The notes under the pieces were generated by a model, which worked only from the letters and a program-made list of their open reading frames with translations, did no database searches and was not told the DNA's origin. The translations under genes were made by a program, and so were the position numbers. Of a DNA stretch of 20,915 bases, positions 8,864-20,178 are shown piece by piece (positions within the stretch are counted from its first letter, which is position 1; every line of letters starts with the position of its first letter). Source of the stretch: Enoplolaimus lenunculus (lineage: Eukaryota); assembly GCA_030248215.1 (NCBI GenBank), contig JASANG010002570.1, forward strand, positions 434,001 to 454,915. Direction: 5' to 3'.

Positions 8864-9285
8864 TTTGATGACGTTCGGCTTTGATGACGTTCGGCGCAGT
8901 GCATCATCCGTCCGGCGCCATCCGTCACTGTCTGTCACCCGTTTCGCACACTCCGTCACCCGTTTGGCACCGTCCGTCACCCGTTTGGACCGTCTGTCAC
9001 CCGTGTGGCATCGTCTTTCGCCGTCGTCTGTCCCGTTTGGCGCCGTCCGTCACCTTTTTGGCGCTGTTCCTCACCCGTTTGGTGCTGCTCGTCACCCGTT
9101 TGGCGCCGTCCGTCACTCGTCTGGCGCCGTCCGTCACCCGTACGGCCGGTGCGGCGCCGTCTGTCACCGTTCGTCACGGTGCGGTATCGTAGACGAATAC
9201 TCACATACCATACCGTATGATAACAGACGGCGCCGTACGGGTGATGGACGGCGCCGAACGACAAGTAAAGCGCAACCCAAACTCT
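8864..9285. repeat. GC-rich 21-bp tandem array (GGCGCCGTCCGTCACCCGTTT, about 11-12 copies) bounded by inverted copies
   Basis: Units at about 8913-9175. 9222-9262 is an inverted copy of about 8886-8925. 16-bp tandem duplication TTTGATGACGTTCGGC at 8864-8895. Confidence 0.85.
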
Positions 9286-9453
9286 GTATTTCAAGTATTA
9301 AAAATCGTATGTTTGTCTTTTGAGATTCATCTCCTATATGCAACCAAAATACCAGACCTACTGCTATGTGCAACCAACCACCAATTATTTTTATAATCCA
9401 ATAGACACAACACTAAGAAGAATTCAGGTTTTATTTGTTTTGTATCTGCGCAA

Positions 9454-9507
9454 TACACATTCCATACTCTACAATATATTTACACATTCCATACTGTACA
9501 ATATATT
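9454..9507. repeat. 27-bp tandem duplication
   Basis: TACACATTCCATACT(C/G)TACAATATATT x2. Confidence 0.85.
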
Positions 9508-9592
9508 AAACATAGGCATAGGACTTGTGTAACATAATGAAATCTGGATTTGATGCTTTGTGCGGAACATCGGATTATTTTACTTTTATCAG

Positions 9593-9682
9593 GCTGACAA
9601 AGCGAAACATCAATTGTACCAAGCCAAATATGGAAGAGTAGGACTTGCAGACCCGCTAGCAGCGCTGCAACGTGATTCCCAG
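9593..9682 (+). CDS. CTTNBP2: CTTNBP2-family protein, exon 3
   Basis: ATCAG acceptor, GTATGT donor. ADKAKHQLYQAKYGRVGLADPLAALQRDSQ matches the family YG...DP.LALQRD motif. Confidence 0.92.
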
Positions 9683-9983
9683 GTATGTTTGCGAGAACAC
9701 TTGAATTGACGCTGAACGGTATTTTGTAGGTTAACCATGTTGAAATGGAGAGGTAAGGTTTTGATATTGGGCCCTAACTAGGTGAAAGTTAGGGACCTGA
9801 AGAGTTTCGTTGATTGTCAGGTTCTCCGCCACTTTTCAGCGACTAACCCTGTTGAATTAGTGAAATTGATATCGGGATCTTTAAAGTCTGTTGTAGGATT
9901 CAGTTCTTTCAGTTAAAGCAAGTTAACACTTTAATGCCCATATTGACCTTCATAGCTCTTTAAAAAATTGTTAATTGTTTCAG

Positions 9984-10119
9984 ACTTCTGGAATCAAAGA
10001 CACATTCGACGAAGCTTCGGTAGGTCAAATGTATGAATGGCAATTGCAACAACTCGAGCAACTGATTGCATCACAGAAAGCGTCCGCTACAAGAATGCGT
10101 GCTATGCTCGCTTCTGCAG
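9984..10119 (+). CDS. CTTNBP2: CTTNBP2-family protein, exon 4
   Basis: TTTCAG acceptor, GTCAGT donor (phase 1). TSGIKDTFDEASVGQMYEWQLQQLEQLIASQKASATRMRAMLASA. Confidence 0.9.
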
Positions 10120-10281
10120 GTCAGTATTTTGTAGTGTGGTTGGTAATCATTAGCTTTATTTGCTATACGAACTGTGATTATGAAGCTAGTTTCGAAAATT
10201 AGCAGCTTTTTAAATTTTATTGGCTCCATTATGTTTTACTTTAGTTTATTCTTGAGGCGGCCAGACAAACGTAGGCAGATT

Positions 10282-11088
10282 CTGGCTTCTCCACAGCGGG
10301 GGGCCCAGCACTTTTCGAAATTTTCATTTTCCTCCGGCGAAAATTTTGCCGCCCCCAAGAAAGGCCCCCGGCGAATTTTCGGCCGCCCCACAACAAAATG
10401 CCCCCCAGCAAATTTTTTGCTGGGGGGTCCCCCAGGACTTTTCTAGGTCAAACATTTTCAATGTTAAAACGTAAAGACCTGGACTTCTTTTGAGGCGGAC
10501 ATTCGGCAAAATATGATTTTATGTTACGCTGAGTACTCATAATTTTTAATAGCGTTACAAATACCCGTAGTAACTAATACAATTCAATAATGAACTGAAA
10601 AAGCACAATTATATAAAGACCGTTTCAGGGCATACAGCATTCGAAAGTACCTTGCAGCAGCAAGTTCAACCCGCCTGAGCCTTATGATAAATTGAAGCTG
10701 TGACTAATATACAAAATATATATTAATCACAGTTGCAATTATAGATTCTCTATATTATATATAATTGTGCTTCTTTCAACTTCTGGTTAAGTTGTCAGTA
10801 TATACGTAATATTAGTTAAAATTATTGTTATTAGCGTTTGCGAGAAATTTTTGTCATGTTGAGCGATGAGTAATCTTACGTTGGGTTGGAAACACGGTCT
10901 AGAATGAAAAAAATGGTCCAAAAAGTCGGTTTGCAAAATTTTAAGCCTGCCCCCCAGGAACCCCCAGATCATCTGGGTGCCCCCCAGGAAAACTGCCCCC
11001 CAGCAAAATCAGCTGCCCCCCAGGAAACTCCTTGGGGGGCCCCAGCAAACGCCCCCCGGCGGAAATTTTCAAGCTGTGGAGAAGCCAG
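10282..11088. mobile_element. Non-autonomous TIR element (807 bp), superfamily unclear
   Basis: Perfect TIR CTGGCTTCTCCACAGC / GCTGTGGAGAAGCCAG. Flanking duplication AGATT (10277-10281, 11089-11093). Many GCCCCCCAG(G/C)AAA subterminal motifs and an AT-rich core. Confidence 0.85.
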
Positions 11089-11543
11089 AGATTGACCATA
11101 AAAGTTTGAGAGTGAGGATTTGAACTTAAGTAGAGGGAAGCGGGAAGCGCTTTAGGGACTGCACTACATGAGGTAACCCTCGTCAGAAACTGCTGTATTG
11201 GACATAAGCAAACTCAGACTTAGCATATATTTTGCTCAGGCCTTGGCCACTCAAAGGCCGGCCTGCTGCTAGAACTTATATTTAAAGACAAAATCTACGT
11301 TTTAACAGTTTGTCTTAAAATTTTGTGTCTTTTACATCATAACATTTACCGCCAAGTTCACGTTTATGTTTTGAAAAATTGGAAGTCTGGGTTTTTGGCT
11401 TTGTTAAATTCCGGATCCGGTGACATATTTTAAAATGCTGCAACTCTAGTCGTCAGGTCTGTAGTGGTTGTATCCTGCCAGACGTCGCAAGGTTTGCAGT
11501 TCATATTTGGCTTGAAGACTAAATTTCGTTGTGTTTATATTAG

Positions 11544-11668
11544 AACGTAGACATGCGAGAGTTGTACGTGATTTGGAAACGGAACGGTCAAGACATGCAG
11601 CAGAGTCAGCACAAGGTGACGATTTATGCATGATGCTCGAGAAAGACAGGGAACGACTTAAGCAAGAA
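11544..11668 (+). CDS. CTTNBP2: CTTNBP2-family protein, exon 5
   Basis: ATTAG acceptor, GTATGC donor. ERRHARVVRDLETERSRHAAESAQGDDLCMMLEKDRERLKQE matches the family RH.....L..ER.RHA...A.GDD....LEK.RERL motif. Confidence 0.93.
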
Positions 11669-11964
11669 GTATGCTCGAACTACTCTTTATTCATGGAATT
11701 AGTTTCTGGAATTAATTTATTTAATGGTTATTTTGAACAGGCTAATGATTAGGTGTTTGTGTTACCACAGTAAATTTCAAATATAACCGCGATCGTGTCT
11801 TTTAGAGTTTTGGATGACCTGTGTAACTGGATTCTCTATGGAATCGATTATTTGAATTTATGTGTGACGTAGGCGCGTGCTGCTTAAAATTCTTTAAGGT
11901 TTAAGTTTGAATTTTTAACATTGAAGTTTTATATTTTTTAAGATTGAACTTTTAAATTTTTAAG

Positions 11965-13570
11965 ATTGAAATTCTAAAAGCTGACAAGCGTAGACTTGAA
12001 GGCGAAGCCGCTAAAGCGAACGATTGCTTGGAATTTGAAAAGGCTCGTCATAAAGAGATTGTTCTATTTTTGATGAATGAAAGACGCTCGTTGATGCATC
12101 GCCTAATGGAAGAACGGCTACGAACTGCTGTAGCAACCAAGTGCATTGATGGCAGTTTCGGCCAAGGTACCACTGGCTCTAAATGTAGCGACGGGAAAGA
12201 CAAACCTTCTGAAACTCGTGATGTATCGCAGCAATATCAAGGATCTATGGCTAATATTTTGGCAAGTTCGACTTGGAATAGTGGTGCAGCGCTTAGCGGT
12301 GACGCAGGCATCAGTAGCAGGTCTGACCAGCGGACGATTATAGTAAACCTACGCAACGAACTCAAGCAGGCACAGTGTGAGCTTGAAAAGTGGAAGACGG
12401 ATCACGCTCAACTGAAAGCAACTTGTGATTCGCAGCGCGAAGATTTGGATTTGATTCGAACCAATATTCTTGCTGAGGCATCGGCTAAGCGAACAATTTC
12501 ACCAGAAACTTCTTGCCGGGCTGGCCTGGATATAAGTAAAATTGGTGCGACCGGGGTAGCTTCTACTGGATATGATGTAATTGATTGTGGCTATTCTCCA
12601 ATGAGGTATTTCGATTTGTCGGATGATAGCTGCAGCATCCCTGTGGCGCCTACGACCGTTACGTACCGGTCTGAAACTGTGCAAAGCGGTGTTAATTTTG
12701 GGTCCGAGTTAGGCAGCGATCAGTTTGAAAACAAGGTAAATACGGCTGGAATTACAAACAACGAACCACCTGCACCTTCCTTGGATGTTTGTAAACAACG
12801 ACGCCAGCATAGCGTCCGTAGTAAAGCTGTGGAGAGTGTTAGTAAAACTACCAAGTACGTAACTGTCAGTTCTGATATAAAGCCGGCTGGTAATTTTCAA
12901 GGGGATCTATCAGCTGCTACGGTGGTATCTGGCGTGAGTGCGTTTACATCAGCAACTGCACTGGTTCAGTCTTCACTTCAAACGCAACCAATTGTGGTAG
13001 TGCAACCGCTAACCGAAATGAAGCCTATTGAAGATTTAGCACCGCCTGTCCCGCATTGTTCTGAATGCGATGATAGCCACAAGAAGCAGGCTAGTGATAT
13101 ACCGCAATCCTGTCCGCCTTATATGATTAATTATGTGTCTGAAGTGGATAAACAACCTCCGACGCGGGAATCGAATACGCATTTGAAATCATGGACTGCG
13201 GGAAAACCTGTGACTGCGGTGACCGCAGCTGTGATCACAGCAAGCAATATTAAAACAGAGGACACTCCCGTTACAGTTAGTTTAACTGCTGAGAGTTGCT
13301 CTCCGGCTGGCTTGTGCTCTTCATCGCCGAGATCCGGTCCAATGTCACGTATATTGATGCAGAGGTTAGCTAGTGGTGTGGCTTGTGAGTCCGGACGTCC
13401 AGGATTTTCCAGTGCTACTACTAGCAGTTTGAAACCGGGTGCGCAGGGAACAACAGGAAGTGCCTCGATGCAGTTAACGTCGGGATATAGCAAAATCCAT
13501 TCAGCAGGTACCGGAGAGTACGAATCGTCTTCCTCGTCAAGCTCTGGCTATGATTCTTATTCGCCTCCAG
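11965..13570 (+). CDS. CTTNBP2: CTTNBP2-family protein, exon 6 (end of coiled coil plus long Ser/Thr-rich region)
   Basis: TTTAAG acceptor at 11964, in frame with the 12028 ORF. IEILKADKRRLEGEAAKANDCLEFEKARHKEIVLFLMNERR. GTCAGT donor at 13571 (phase 1). Confidence 0.9.
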
Positions 13571-13759
13571 GTCAGTATTGTTTGTGAATAAAATCTGCGG
13601 AACGAACTTTTTGGAGCTATAACTATGCTGTAAGATAGGACTTTGCAGTTAGATAATAGAAAAATTATTCGCTTTTTAGTAGAATCTAACAAAATAATTT
13701 ACGACTTCTAGTCAGTAATTGTGGATGTAACAAGAATTGACAAAATAACGAACCTCTAT

Positions 13760-14520
13760 TAGAGATATGCCGGTACAAGAGTTTTTGCCGATGCTTAAAT
13801 GATGCCGATACCGATGTCGATTCCGATCTAATCCTAATATATTATGCTTATGAACTTTGGGATTACTACATTACATCATTATAAACGAGAAAGATTTGAA
13901 ATTTTTTAGAATAAATGCAAGTCACAGTTTCCTGATCAAACGTACTAATAAACCTCTGGAACAGGAATTGAATTTTTTTGGGAACAGGAACCGTAACTTA
14001 AAATCATTTTCAACTCCGAATTTCTGTCTTAGTTTCGTTGTGAATAGTCAGAAACGCGGTTTAAGGTAGTTTTTCATTATTTCTTCTTCGTTTTCATCAA
14101 ACTTATAAAATCACTTTTGGCAAGAAACAGTATGTTTGCCGGTCTACCAGGAACACCGGGGCTGTTCAACAACCCGAAGCAACCAATTGAGTCCTGAGGA
14201 ATTAGAGATAATCCCAGCACGAATATGACTGTGTAGTCGCTCTGCTTTAGAAAAGACGAAGAAATATTTTAATCTTGAAATTTATTAATGAATATGAACC
14301 AAATGATAGGCATTCTTTGTGAATTTTAAATGTTGCGACTACAAAATTCTATAATGCTTAAATGATTTGGCACAGCACCGTAAAAAATTACGGTTCCTGT
14401 GTTCAGCAATGCCGGAATAGTAACATAAATCGATTTTTGCTCGAATTCCGGCGGAATACTGATTTTAAAAAGGGAAGTTTGTGCAGATATTGCCATTGCC
14501 GATTAATCAGCATATCCATA
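13760..14520. mobile_element. hAT-type MITE (TAGGGATGTGCCGAT family), longer copy
   Basis: Ends TAGAGATATGCCGGT / ATCAGCATATCCATA; 8-bp TSD ACCTCTAT / ACCTCAAT (7/8); TGCCGA subterminal motifs. Confidence 0.75.
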
Positions 14521-14748
14521 ACCTCAATAATCTTTGCACTCAATTATTAGCCATCTTTCTTAGCTATTTATCTATCTAAGTAAATTTGTAATTTTAAAAA
14601 AGTGCAGTGACAAGGTTTTCTGCAATGTGCTTATTTTCAGCTGAAAATTGGCAAAATGTTGGGGGGCCGTTTTGAACTTGTATTTCTCGGTGAGCGTGTT
14701 TTGAAGTGCGTTATGGGCGTGCGAGAATAAATCAGGATACGTTCTAAC

Positions 14749-15172
14749 TAGGGATGTGCCGATACGAAAATTAGACGATGCCGATAGCGATGCCGATTGT
14801 TATTTTGAAATTTTGTAGATGCCGAACCGGTGCCGATGCCAATTTCAACTTTATTACACCATGCTTAATAAACAGATGAATATTGCATTAAATCATTATA
14901 TAAAGACTTAAACCGTAACCATGATAACCGATTTAAAAACGGCTCATTTTAATTACCTGATCTTTTCAAACAAAAACGCAAGGGATCTAACTGTTTTCCT
15001 GAACACACAACACTGATATGCGCCAAGAAATGAAATTGATAGCATTTCAACTGACTGTTATGTGCAGAAAGTATCGACAAAGAATTGGCAATTTTTTGCA
15101 GTGACGATGCCGGTGCCGATACTCACGAAAAGTGCGGATTATTACCGATACTGATTAATCCGCACAAACCTA
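14749..15172. mobile_element. hAT-type MITE (TAGGGATGTGCCGAT family)
   Basis: Ends TAGGGATGTGCCGAT / ATCCGCACAAACCTA; 8-bp TSD GTTCTAAC / GTTCTGAC (7/8); repeated GATGCCGA motifs. Confidence 0.8.
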
Positions 15173-15309
15173 GTTCTGACGTGCTATATATCTGCTGGCT
15201 GGAACGTCTTTTGTATTTATACATAGCTTTGTAACAAAGGTATCAAGGATACTTTGCCAAATGTGTTAGGAGTTTATATACTATTTGATTCAGCGCGTTG
15301 TATTTTTAG

Positions 15310-15695
15310 GCAGCAGTAGCTCCGCGGGCAGCAGTGGCAGTACGTACGGATGTTACTCAGGTGGCCTTAAACCATTTCCGACAGACAAGTTAGCTAGCAA
15401 TAGTTCTGTTCTGTCTCCGTTTCAAATGTCAGTAACAAGCAGCATAGCATCAAAGCAGCATGGCGGCGCATTGAAAGCACCTTTGCCTTCTTCATCTAAA
15501 CGATCGATTTCTGTTTCGGTAACAATGGGATCAAAAACGCAAACATTTGCTAACGTTACTAGTGGAAACACAAACTCAACGGTTGGTATGTCTCCGCGAG
15601 ACCGGAAGCTAACGAATGACGTTTCGCTCAGTGGAAATCAAGTTGTGCCTCTGTTAGACCGACCCGGGCTAATTGGCACCGGATTTAGTCGAGGG
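15310..15695 (+). CDS. CTTNBP2: CTTNBP2-family protein, exon 7 (Ser/Gly-rich)
   Basis: TTTTAG acceptor (phase 1), GTAAGC donor (phase 0), open frame, GC content above the flanking introns. Confidence 0.8.
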
Positions 15696-15869
15696 GTAAG
15701 CTGAGAACAAGTCGTAGTAATAAATTCTAGATAAGTAAGCAAACAATTGCTTGCAACGTTAAATAAATCAGCGGAATGCATTTTTTTCTAGGAATTTGCT
15801 GATACCAATATTAATACATGACGCTTAAGAGAACCGATAGGAATTTGTGGGAAATCTAAACCTAACCAC

Positions 15870-16450
15870 CATATATGAAGTATCATTGAGAAAGATCGGA
15901 GTTTCACGAAGCATTTTATGTTCTGTATCTGGGGTCAAATGGTGGATGTCCGTCCGGAAAGAATCTCAGGAACCGCTAAACCGATTTTGATAAACTTTTT
16001 TGTTTGAAAGCCAATTATCTTGGGGTGTCAACCTCACATTGGGGTTTTCAAATTTTAAGCCGTTTATTAGCTACAGGCTAATTTGCCTAATTAGTTAGGC
16101 CTAAATTAGGACTTTCTACTTTATTTCACTTATTATTACAGTTACAAACAATCTTATTTCAGCACTAAAGTGTTTTTGGGTGCGAGGAATCTGAATGGAC
16201 TGTTTACAAACCTCCATAACCGATAAATGAATAGTTAGCTAATAACTAATTTGCATATAACCTTAATTGCTTGCGCGCGTTCGAGCTTCGCTCAATAAAT
16301 GTAGTCCCATTACGACTGGTAATACCATGTAAACTGATCATTTCAGCCGATTTTTTTCCATCATAAGCGCAAGAGGTATTAAAATTTCATGGTGACGGTG
16401 AGATTTAATTATAAGCCAGCAAGCGTAATTCATGGCATTCCAACGCACTG
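15870..16450. mobile_element. Probable Helitron/Helentron-like repeat fragments
   Basis: GTCCGTCCG...ATCTCAGGAACCGCTAAACCGATTTTGATAAACTT (15947-15998) and minus-strand TTTATTGAGCGAAGCTCG (about 16299-16282) resemble motifs of invertebrate non-autonomous rolling-circle elements. Boundaries unresolved. Confidence 0.35.
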
Positions 16451-16455
16451 GTAAA

Positions 16456-16556
16456 TAGGTATGGGAGTCTCGATATCAGTCTCAAGTCTCGAAAATTCCT
16501 GAGACTCCTGTAGTCTCAGTTTAAGTCTCTGTCTCAGCTTTTGAAAAGTCTCAGGT
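16456..16556 (+). mobile_element. End fragment of a TIR element with (A)GTCTC subterminal repeats
   Basis: Starts TAGGTATGGG; about 7 GTCTC motifs plus one inverted GAGAC in 100 bp. Confidence 0.45.
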
Positions 16557-17269
16557 TTATAAACTAAAACTTCGTTAGTGATACCAGACAGAGGTGCCAG
16601 TTGTGGCAAATTGTTTTATTTAAAATTTATGATTGTTATACCAAATGTGGTTGTATAGCGATTTGCGGAATAGACTTACGACTGCAATATATGTGTATAT
16701 GTGCATATGTATCTGGCGTTTTGCTTTGGGGCACAAGACAAAAGTCCTTCCACTCGGCAAATTTCCCCAATTCCTCCATGTTCAGCGCCCCTCACTGTGA
16801 AAATCCCTCTGGGTTCGCAATTTCGTATGAAATCTGTAGGAAAAACACATGGGCTCTGTTTACCGAAAAGATCAGTAAACGCAATGCAGCTCATTTGCCC
16901 GTTTGTGTGCTCCTGTGCTGTTGATTGTGCGTAGTACCATGCGTTGCTAGTTGCCCTGACCCAATGTGCAGCTGCCTTGCCCAAATGTTGCCGTTGCCCT
17001 TCCTTGTGATGCCTTTGATTTGCCCTATTGTTTGTTGCTAATTGCTTGAGTGATCGCCTGATCGCACACACGCCTAGCCGAACCTTTCTTGACTACGAGC
17101 GCCTTTGCGCTTTTAAATTGTCTATTGGCATATGGACTCCTTTTTTAGGAATAATATTGATATTATATTCAATTAACGTCAATACATAACCCCTAAAAGG
17201 AAAAAACATAATATGTATCACCAATTTCACTTATGGTGAGTGTGGTCCGAGCAATTTAAACAGAACGAA

Positions 17270-17372
17270 TCAACTAAGGGTTTATTTCACCAATATTGGA
17301 AAAAGAAAATTAAAATAAATTCTTCGGTGGCATGCACTTTTCATTTCCCGGCTTCGTGTCCGGTAAATTGAT
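17270..17372 (+). mobile_element. Internal/right fragment of the CAGGGTGCAACCGG MITE family
   Basis: CAACTAAGGGTTTATTTCACCAATATTG...AAATTAAAAT...TTCGGTGGCATG...CCGGTAAATTG aligns with 8010-8130 and 20443-20562. Confidence 0.6.
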
Positions 17373-17588
17373 AACATATGTGCATGCCATGCGAACTCTT
17401 TGTATAACATACGCTGCACGGAACACCACCAAACAGGTATAATGCAATGGCACATGTACATTATACCTATACATGTATTATCATATTCCTCGACACGGAA
17501 GGAAATTGTCTGGGGTCTGGAAATCCGGACTCTTATTCCGATTCAGAAACCCTGGCTGATAGATATTACTTTCAGCTATATATTTCAG

Positions 17589-17742
17589 ACGTACGTTTCG
17601 GCTGGATCCCTGGTATCAACGTCTCAATATACCCAAGCGTCTGTAAATGCTCAACAATCACGTACTGGTGGAGGTGGATCATTGCCATGTTCAGGAAGTC
17701 ACGGGTCTTTATCATCGAAATCATCCGCCCATCAAACAGCGA
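17589..17742 (+). CDS. CTTNBP2: CTTNBP2-family protein, exon 8
   Basis: TTTCAG acceptor (phase 0), GTAAGA donor (phase 1). TYVSAGSLVSTSQY...SAHQTA. Confidence 0.75.
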
Positions 17743-17959
17743 GTAAGAAACTAGACATATTACTGTTACTAAGCAACGACTAACGATAAGGAATATAGCA
17801 TATGTGTTAAAGAGAAATCGTGCTGATCGTGCAAATTAATCTCGAAGCGTAGCGCGTAGCATCTTAGCATAGTTTACCTGCTAATTTGACGTCTTTGGTT
17901 GATATCTGCGATGGCTCGTATGCTGTGCAACTCTACAATATCCATCCCGTTTGTTTCAG

Positions 17960-18258
17960 GACAAATAGAAAGAACCTCGTGGTCAGCCGCGGCAGGGACA
18001 ACAACGGCGGCGACAACTGCCGCAACAGGTACAGCAAGTAGTCCATTGGATAAAGTATCCTCGTCGCCGCGAAGTGGTAGTCTTGTTGGAAGGTTGACTC
18101 AACACAAAACGGCTCGAATTAGCGTGGGTGCAATGGAAAAAGACAAAATTCATTCTGCGACCTCAGCTTCGCTGGGTACCGCTTCGACTAGGGTGGGCGC
18201 GACTGGCAATGGTGTGGCTAGTGCGCATCAGTCCAGTGGGACGAAACTTGTTAATCAG
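17960..18258 (+). CDS. CTTNBP2: CTTNBP2-family protein, exon 9
   Basis: TTTCAG acceptor (phase 1), CAG|GTAAGA donor (phase 0). RQIERTSWSAAAG...TKLVNQ. Confidence 0.78.
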
Positions 18259-18898
18259 GTAAGAATATGTTTATATACAAGTGGGATATGCTATATATGT
18301 ATAAGAATGGCTGACATTACAACGCCAACGTTATTGGCCGTGCAGTAGGGTGGCGCTATAATTATGTGGCGCCGTCCGTCAACTTGCAGCATTGTACTCG
18401 AATTGTCGAACCTCATCGGACGGTAATTCACGTATAATGCCGTACGATGACGGACGGCGACCGATGATATTAATGTTTTATAATATTTTAAAAAAGTATA
18501 TCGCCAGCCTTATGATTTTGGTTGAAGTTGAGTGATTTTTGTTGAAAATAATAGTTGCGGTATTACAGATTTGGAAGCAGTTTAAAAATTTTCGTTTGTT
18601 CATGGCAAAGAATATAGAAAGTTGTTAATTAGCGTAAAGAAAATAGTGACATGTATACAAGGCGTCGCAATTGTAGAACGTCGAAGTTTGACATGTGTAT
18701 TAAGCCATTTTTGATCCTGCAAATCAAAATGAGTTGCAGACACTTTCAGCATCGTGAGTTAACAGCTATGTGATATTGTAGCCACATGGCTGTGGGCCGT
18801 TTATTGAAAGACCTACCAGCAGTTGGCGACAGGTTCTGCAGTCTTTTGGGAATACGGGTGGTGTAAGCTCTATTACTGGGACCTCTTTGCTATGCATC

Positions 18899-19104
18899 GT
18901 TACACGTGTCAATTTTTGAAACTGTCTTGCGTTAACCCAACCATAACTCAAAAATTGCGTTAACCCTACCCTCAAACGTGTCACAGCTCTATCCTAGTAC
19001 GTGTTAGAGAGCATTTCTTAACACGTGTTAGGGTAGGACTAACGCAATTTTTGCGTTATGGTAGGATTAACGAATGATAATTTTTAAATTTGACACGTGT
19101 TAAC
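18899..19104. repeat. Long imperfect palindrome (foldback/MITE-like)
   Basis: Arms of about 85 bp (18899-18983 and 19020-19104), e.g. ACACGTGTCAA/TTGACACGTGT, CCATAAC.CAAAAATTGCGTTA/TAACGCAATTTTTG.GTTATGG, CCTACCCT/AGGGTAGG. Confidence 0.8.
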
Positions 19105-19719
19105 CCAACCTTATACTGTTTTCGGTGGCAACATGACATTTTTTATTATGAACGATGCATTAGACGTACGTATGTAGTTTTTTCTGGCTTCTGTCGACCC
19201 CGTTGTGTTTCTTGTCTATATTTGTCCTTATTGCTGCTGCTTGTTTCGTTAAAGTTGTTTTGATAAATTAAGTACGTAGTACGCAGGATCGCATACGCAA
19301 TATTTTAGCAACAAATACGATAGAGACTGATTTAGTATGTTGGGTGCCGTATACTAAGTCGTGATTCGGATATTTTTAAGTGTGCGCTCTGAGTAGGTAT
19401 GTTCCAATGACATTTACCCCTGTAATAGGGTGCTCGGTAACAATTAATAATAAATCGTAGCTATGCTGGTTGTTTTTGCCTTGAAATAGATTAAAACGAG
19501 CAATGTATGTTTAGAAAATGTCAATCGTTGTATTATTAGAGTACTAGTATCGTATTAGAATAATCGATATTATTTTGAAAACACGTCTCGGCACTAGGTA
19601 TAAACAAGCGTTAATGTCTTTTAACAAGAATATGCAACTTACCAAATAGTGCTATGGTACCAAATGTAGCCGCAGAAAAAAGTATAAGCGGTTCAATGAA
19701 TTCATTTAATCACCAGGGT

Positions 19720-20054
19720 CAGGGTGCAACCGGAATTCCGGTTCCGGCATTTTTTCACCTTCCGGTTACGGTTATTTAAAAATTCCGGTGTTATAATTTG
19801 GCCGTTTTCTTAACTTTGCTAATTTTCAAGAATCTCTTTTGAAAGCCACTTGTACTCCGAATATAAGCCAATGATGGTGGATTTCACTTCAGTCGACGAC
19901 CAAAATCTAAAATACAACAAATAAAATAAATACCTATGTTCGACTAAGGTTGTTTCACAAATAATAGAGCAAAAAATACGATTAAAATGAAATTTTTGCT
20001 GAAATGCATTTTTCACTTTCCGGTTCCGGTAAATTGTAATTCCGGTAGCACCTG
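19720..20054 (+). mobile_element. hAT-type MITE, complete copy (335 bp)
   Basis: TIRs CAGGGTGCAACCGGAATT / AATTCCGGTAGCACCTG; 8-bp TSD ACCAGGGT / ACCAGGAT (7/8); TTCCGG subterminal repeats. Confidence 0.85.
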
Positions 20055-20178
20055 ACCAGGATACAGATGCGATCAAACACTCTTGGTATAAATAAATGAA
20101 ACTAGGCGGTGCACAGCAGTGTTCCAACGCAACGAAATTTAGTCGGAATCGAAAGTGCTACGAAAAATGAACCATATT

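Noticed and set aside
8865..9373. Five overlapping ORFs and a possible CRISPR-like array
   Set aside because: The ORFs are artefacts of a stop-poor 21-bp repeat. There are no unique spacers and the context is a eukaryotic intron.
10174..11095. Pro-rich ORFs (PQE repeats)
   Set aside because: They are translations of TIR-element subterminal motifs.
12146..13493. Alternative-frame and antisense ORFs within exon 6
   Set aside because: Shadow ORFs of a real exon with no independent support.
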